A stretch of 64,000 bases of DNA from Octopus vulgaris (taxonomy: Eukaryota), in contig OX597815.1 of NCBI GenBank assembly GCA_951406725.2, positions 123,070,001 to 123,134,000 on the forward strand, in the 5' to 3' direction. Shown one piece after another: positions 60,199-64,000 of this stretch. The notes under the pieces are model-generated. The model searched no databases, was not told the origin of the DNA, and saw only the letters and a list, made by a program, of their open reading frames with translations. Numbering within the stretch: position 1 is the stretch's first letter; every line of letters starts with the position of its first letter. A program made the translations under genes and the position numbers.

Positions 60199-61534
60199 TA
60201 AATTAGCACTTGCATCATAAATTTATAACTCAGTATTTATATTTAAAAAATATATATTTGAGATAATTTAGTGAAAAACCATGGAATTTACAAAAGCTAA
60301 CAGTGAGAAAAAGAAAACAAATTTCAAAAAGTTACAATCTTCCACCTGTGACTTTTGAGACATTGCTAACCAGTGACCAGCAAGTTTTTTTTTCTTTTTT
60401 TATTTCGTAAGCACCCCCCGCCCACAATCACTAAATTATTAAACGATGTTCCAGTGATTGCTCAGCTGTTCCAGTACCTCAACCTCACCATCATCTTCCG
60501 TAATGCCCTTGGCGCATTGTATAATAGACGGTGTGTGTATGCCTTTATTGTAGTTATTTATTTGTTGATTTTTTTCTCTCTCCCATGTTTACGTTATGTA
60601 AAATGTGTTCTTTTTCACTAAATTAGAGCAAACTCTCTACTTTATAAGAGAACAACAATCATAAACACGAGCTAATAAAAGTTCATTTTACTTCTGTCTG
60701 ATATTCAGAATTTCATCCAAGGTATTCTGTTCATTGACCACATAGTTCAGATACAGGTTCTTTAAACGTTGTTACTACACCTTTGCTGTACATTTTATTC
60801 GCTCTTACAGGTTCACGAGAATCGGTTAATACACGCACGAGACTGATCCTTTTCCAATACTTTCAATAGTCTCACAGTGTTGAGTGATCATGTCTCACAA
60901 ATTCATTAAAAGCAACATTTCAACCTTCGCAAAGGTTGCTGATGCCAGCTTCCTCACCAATGAAAGTTTTTTAAAAGGAATCGTTGACGATTTTTTGTGA
61001 GATAGAAATATTTCATTTATTAACACTTACTAGAATTATACTGAGTTACTACTGACACAGAGAGAATGTTCTTTGGTAGACAAAAGACCACAGCGTATAT
61101 TTATGTATGCGATAATGAGGATTCAACCATTCATAAAAAGAGAGTGTGTATGGGGGGGGGTACGTTTACGTACTTGATATTAGATTTTGACAAGCTACTG
61201 ATAAGAATTAGTCAAAATTGACAACGGTGTTGATAGTTGTGACAACCAGGGCAAAGTAGACGCTGTGGGGTTGTTGCTTGAAGCCAGCAGCGACGTGTAT
61301 GGTTTCGAATGCCAAGCAACTGACTCATGATCTCTGTATATTTTAACAATAAGCTTTACAAAGTTGAGTCATGAACAGAAAAGTCAAGATAAAACACTTG
61401 ACTGGGTGATTTAACTCAAATAAATTTTGGGGTAACTAGACCAGATCAAAAAGTAATTAAACAGTTTTACTGATGTTTCGAGGATTCACAAGTTCGGATT
61501 TCGAACCCAGTTTAAACTTCCTCTTACGGCAAAG

Positions 61535-62644
61535 CAGGAATCTTTTCCTTTTGATGGACGGGATTTTCTAGTTAACTAAACAATTTGAAACTTCGTATAC
61601 TGGTAGAATGTGTCAAAAGAAAACATTATTGTAAACAAAATTGTAATTTGTAAGTTTAACGTAGTTTAATTCTTCGAATTTTAACCAATGAAATGCCAGC
61701 ATTTCAGCTCAAATCATTTGCTGCGTCTAAAAACTCAGACAAACACACAGACACACGTGTTATTCATCCTTCTCTCTTCTGTCTGTCTTCTGCATGTGCT
61801 AGAAATAACAGCTATATCTCTTAAATCGATGAATTTCGTCGCCCAATAAAAATATTAACGATATTTTTTGAATATTTTCTTTATTTTTTGTTTACCGAAA
61901 AGGCTTCTCCCATGGTTTTGAAGGGCCAGAAACAACAAAAACAGAACAATAATATGCCTAAATTGGTCTAGAGGGTGCGCGTGGAGTGTGGGTCGTATTG
62001 TAAAAATTTGCGAAATATTTTTTCATAAAAGGATGCCCCAGCTTGTCGGAGGCTGTGATATAAATTGGGAAAAAAATCCTCGACACCAGTGCATAATTGG
62101 TACTTAATTTATCGACCCCGAAACGATGAAACATTGACCCCCCCCCCCCGTTCTGGTTTATTTACCTTTTGTGTAAATTTATTGCGGCAAGGGGCAAAAC
62201 ACAGAGAGGACAAAGCATGAGATACAAAAGTATTAAGTCGATTCTATCGACACCAGTGCTTCTGTGCGTATGTGTGTGTATGTATATCTCCGTTTGTATG
62301 TGTGTACGCTTATATATTAATTACTATGTGCTTGTGCAAATGTATATGCATGTGTTTGAGAGACAGAGTGCAAGTGTACGTGTGTATGTATCTGAATATA
62401 TGTGTGTGTGTATGCGGCGTGCGTCTGCTATGTTTGTTTATCAATATCGATAACGCAGCAAATGATTTGAGCTGAAATGCTGGCATTTCATTGGTTAAAA
62501 TTCGAAGAATTAAACTACGTTAAACTTACAAATTACAATTTTGTTTACAATAATGTTTTCTTTTGACACATTCTACCAGTATACGAAGTTTCAAATTGTT
62601 TAGTTAACTAGAAAATTCCGTCCATCAAAAGGAAAAGATCCCTG
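61535..62644. mobile_element. Foldback-like element with 192-bp inverted arms, related to the 59793 MITE
   Basis: 61535-61726 is the reverse complement of 62453-62644, with 2 mismatches seen. Confidence 0.85.
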
Positions 62645-62864
62645 ATCCCAAAGGTGACTGTGGCAAGATTTGAACTCAAGACATAAAAGACTGTAACTAA
62701 ATAACACAGATCCTTCACTTCCTTCAGTAATGGACCACTTGGATAGTCTTGATATATCTACTCTTGGTCGACATGCGTATCATATCTTACATATTAAGGA
62801 TAACTCGGTTTAGTCCCCCGACCCGTCCATTTCCATTGGCAATACCTGTGTCAGCAAAAGTTAA

Positions 62865-63370
62865 ATAAACTTATAATAATGAAATTATTGTATACAGTGC
62901 TCAGGTGCACAACAACTTGTCAAAAGTGCGTATAAAGCATGTGCAGTAAGTGAACAGTGTATGAATCAGATACATGCTTGCGTGTGTATGGAGGGGGGAA
63001 AATCAGGTGTAGTGTTAGCGAATCTCAAGAAGCATGGAAGTTTTGAAGGATGCATGCTCCGACAACTAACAACTGATGCCGGCAGTTTGTTCCATACTTC
63101 AGCAACTCTTAACGTGAAAAAATGTTTCCGAAAGTCATGGGAGCTGTGCTGTTTTCTAACTTTGTAAACATGTCCACGGGTGTTAGACAGGTGGAGTTTG
63201 AAAAGGTGCTCAGAGTTATTGTTAGTAAGATGGTTAATAATTTTATGGGTGTCTGCCAAGTCAGCTGCCAGACGTCGGAGTTTCAATGTATCCATGCCCA
63301 GGGAAGTAAGGCGTTCAGAATATGGCAAATGCCTGATAGAGGGTATTCTCTTGGTTGCACGTCGCTGAAC
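62865..63370 (-). pseudogene. CR1-clade LINE 3' fragment
   Basis: YSERL..LG..TLKLRR..DL, TRGH..K, RKHFFTLRV..VWNKLP..VV motifs; short ATT-type tail near 62870. Confidence 0.85.
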
Positions 63371-64000
63371 GGTTTAAGACTACCTAAAAATCATCAACAG
63401 TTCAATGGCCCACAAAGACATAAAATTTCAAAAATCTTTTGGAAAGGTTCAAGACCCATAAAGGACACTTCAGCGGCCCTTGCATTTAATAATACATGTA
63501 CTAAGCTCTAGATGCATCCACCAAACAAAATATCTGTTGGAGACCTTCATAGATTGTGAGGCGTAACATTTGTAGCGACTTGAAAGGTTTTAATTATGTG
63601 TTGTTCCGACTTGGTAGTTCACGAGGTCTCTGTTCATGGAAGTAGTACAGGTTTAGTGAAAAGTATCTATGTGGCATATGGATTATGCCTGTATATTGAA
63701 GGTTTAAAAAATGAAAATCGACATTAGCTGCATGTAAGTTGTTAAAAGTAATAGGAAGTATGCAGGTATAGGCCTGCGATTTCGAGTAAAGTGAGTTCTC
63801 TCCCAGTTGGAGGGAAATTACTGTTGGTATAAATCGTTCAAGTTCTTTTTCTTTATTCTATTTACATGTACATGCATTTACTAGTAAATCGCATGTATAT
63901 AGCTCTGATTATTAAAATACTGGATCTTTTCTGTCTGTGTTGTGGCGAGAGTTGTTGACACTCGTGGGGGATTGGAAGAATAGACACGCTGAACTCTTAT

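Noticed and set aside
61465-61530. Hammerhead-like GAGG...CCTC-GAAACATC on the minus strand
   Set aside because: The CUGANGA box is absent (CCGTAAGA); at best a heavily decayed Penelope end.

Overview
AT-rich eukaryotic genomic DNA. The repeat families (tRNA-derived SINEs, RTE LINEs with (TGA)n tails, Helitrons, hAT/piggyBac MITEs) look like those of an octopus or other coleoid cephalopod; the organism is an inference. The central 43 kb holds one complete minus-strand gene for cytoplasmic valyl-tRNA synthetase (VARS1/ValRS). I traced it by hand through 27 GT-AG coding exons, from ATG at 58092 to TAA at 14904. The CDS is 3156 nt (1051 aa), all exon phases are compatible, the HLGH and KMSKS motifs are intact, and there is no N-terminal GST-like domain. 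The remaining sequence I could identify is transposon-derived or simple repeat; I found no other host gene, rRNA, tRNA or CRISPR array. Most notable observations: (1) the 3' ends of two consecutive VARS introns are paralogous and share a stem with a compensatory base-pair change plus H-box/ACA-like motifs; (2) an LTR-like element carries a tandem array of LTR-end plus tRNA-Trp primer-binding-site units; (3) hammerhead-ribozyme cores occur downstream of and inside the gene; (4) inverted RTE copies bracket in-frame exons 2-10; (5) a 192-bp near-perfect inverted repeat lies upstream; (6) a sharply bounded CpG-depleted domain covers the gene body. All coordinates were read by eye. TE boundaries without a stated TSD are approximate.
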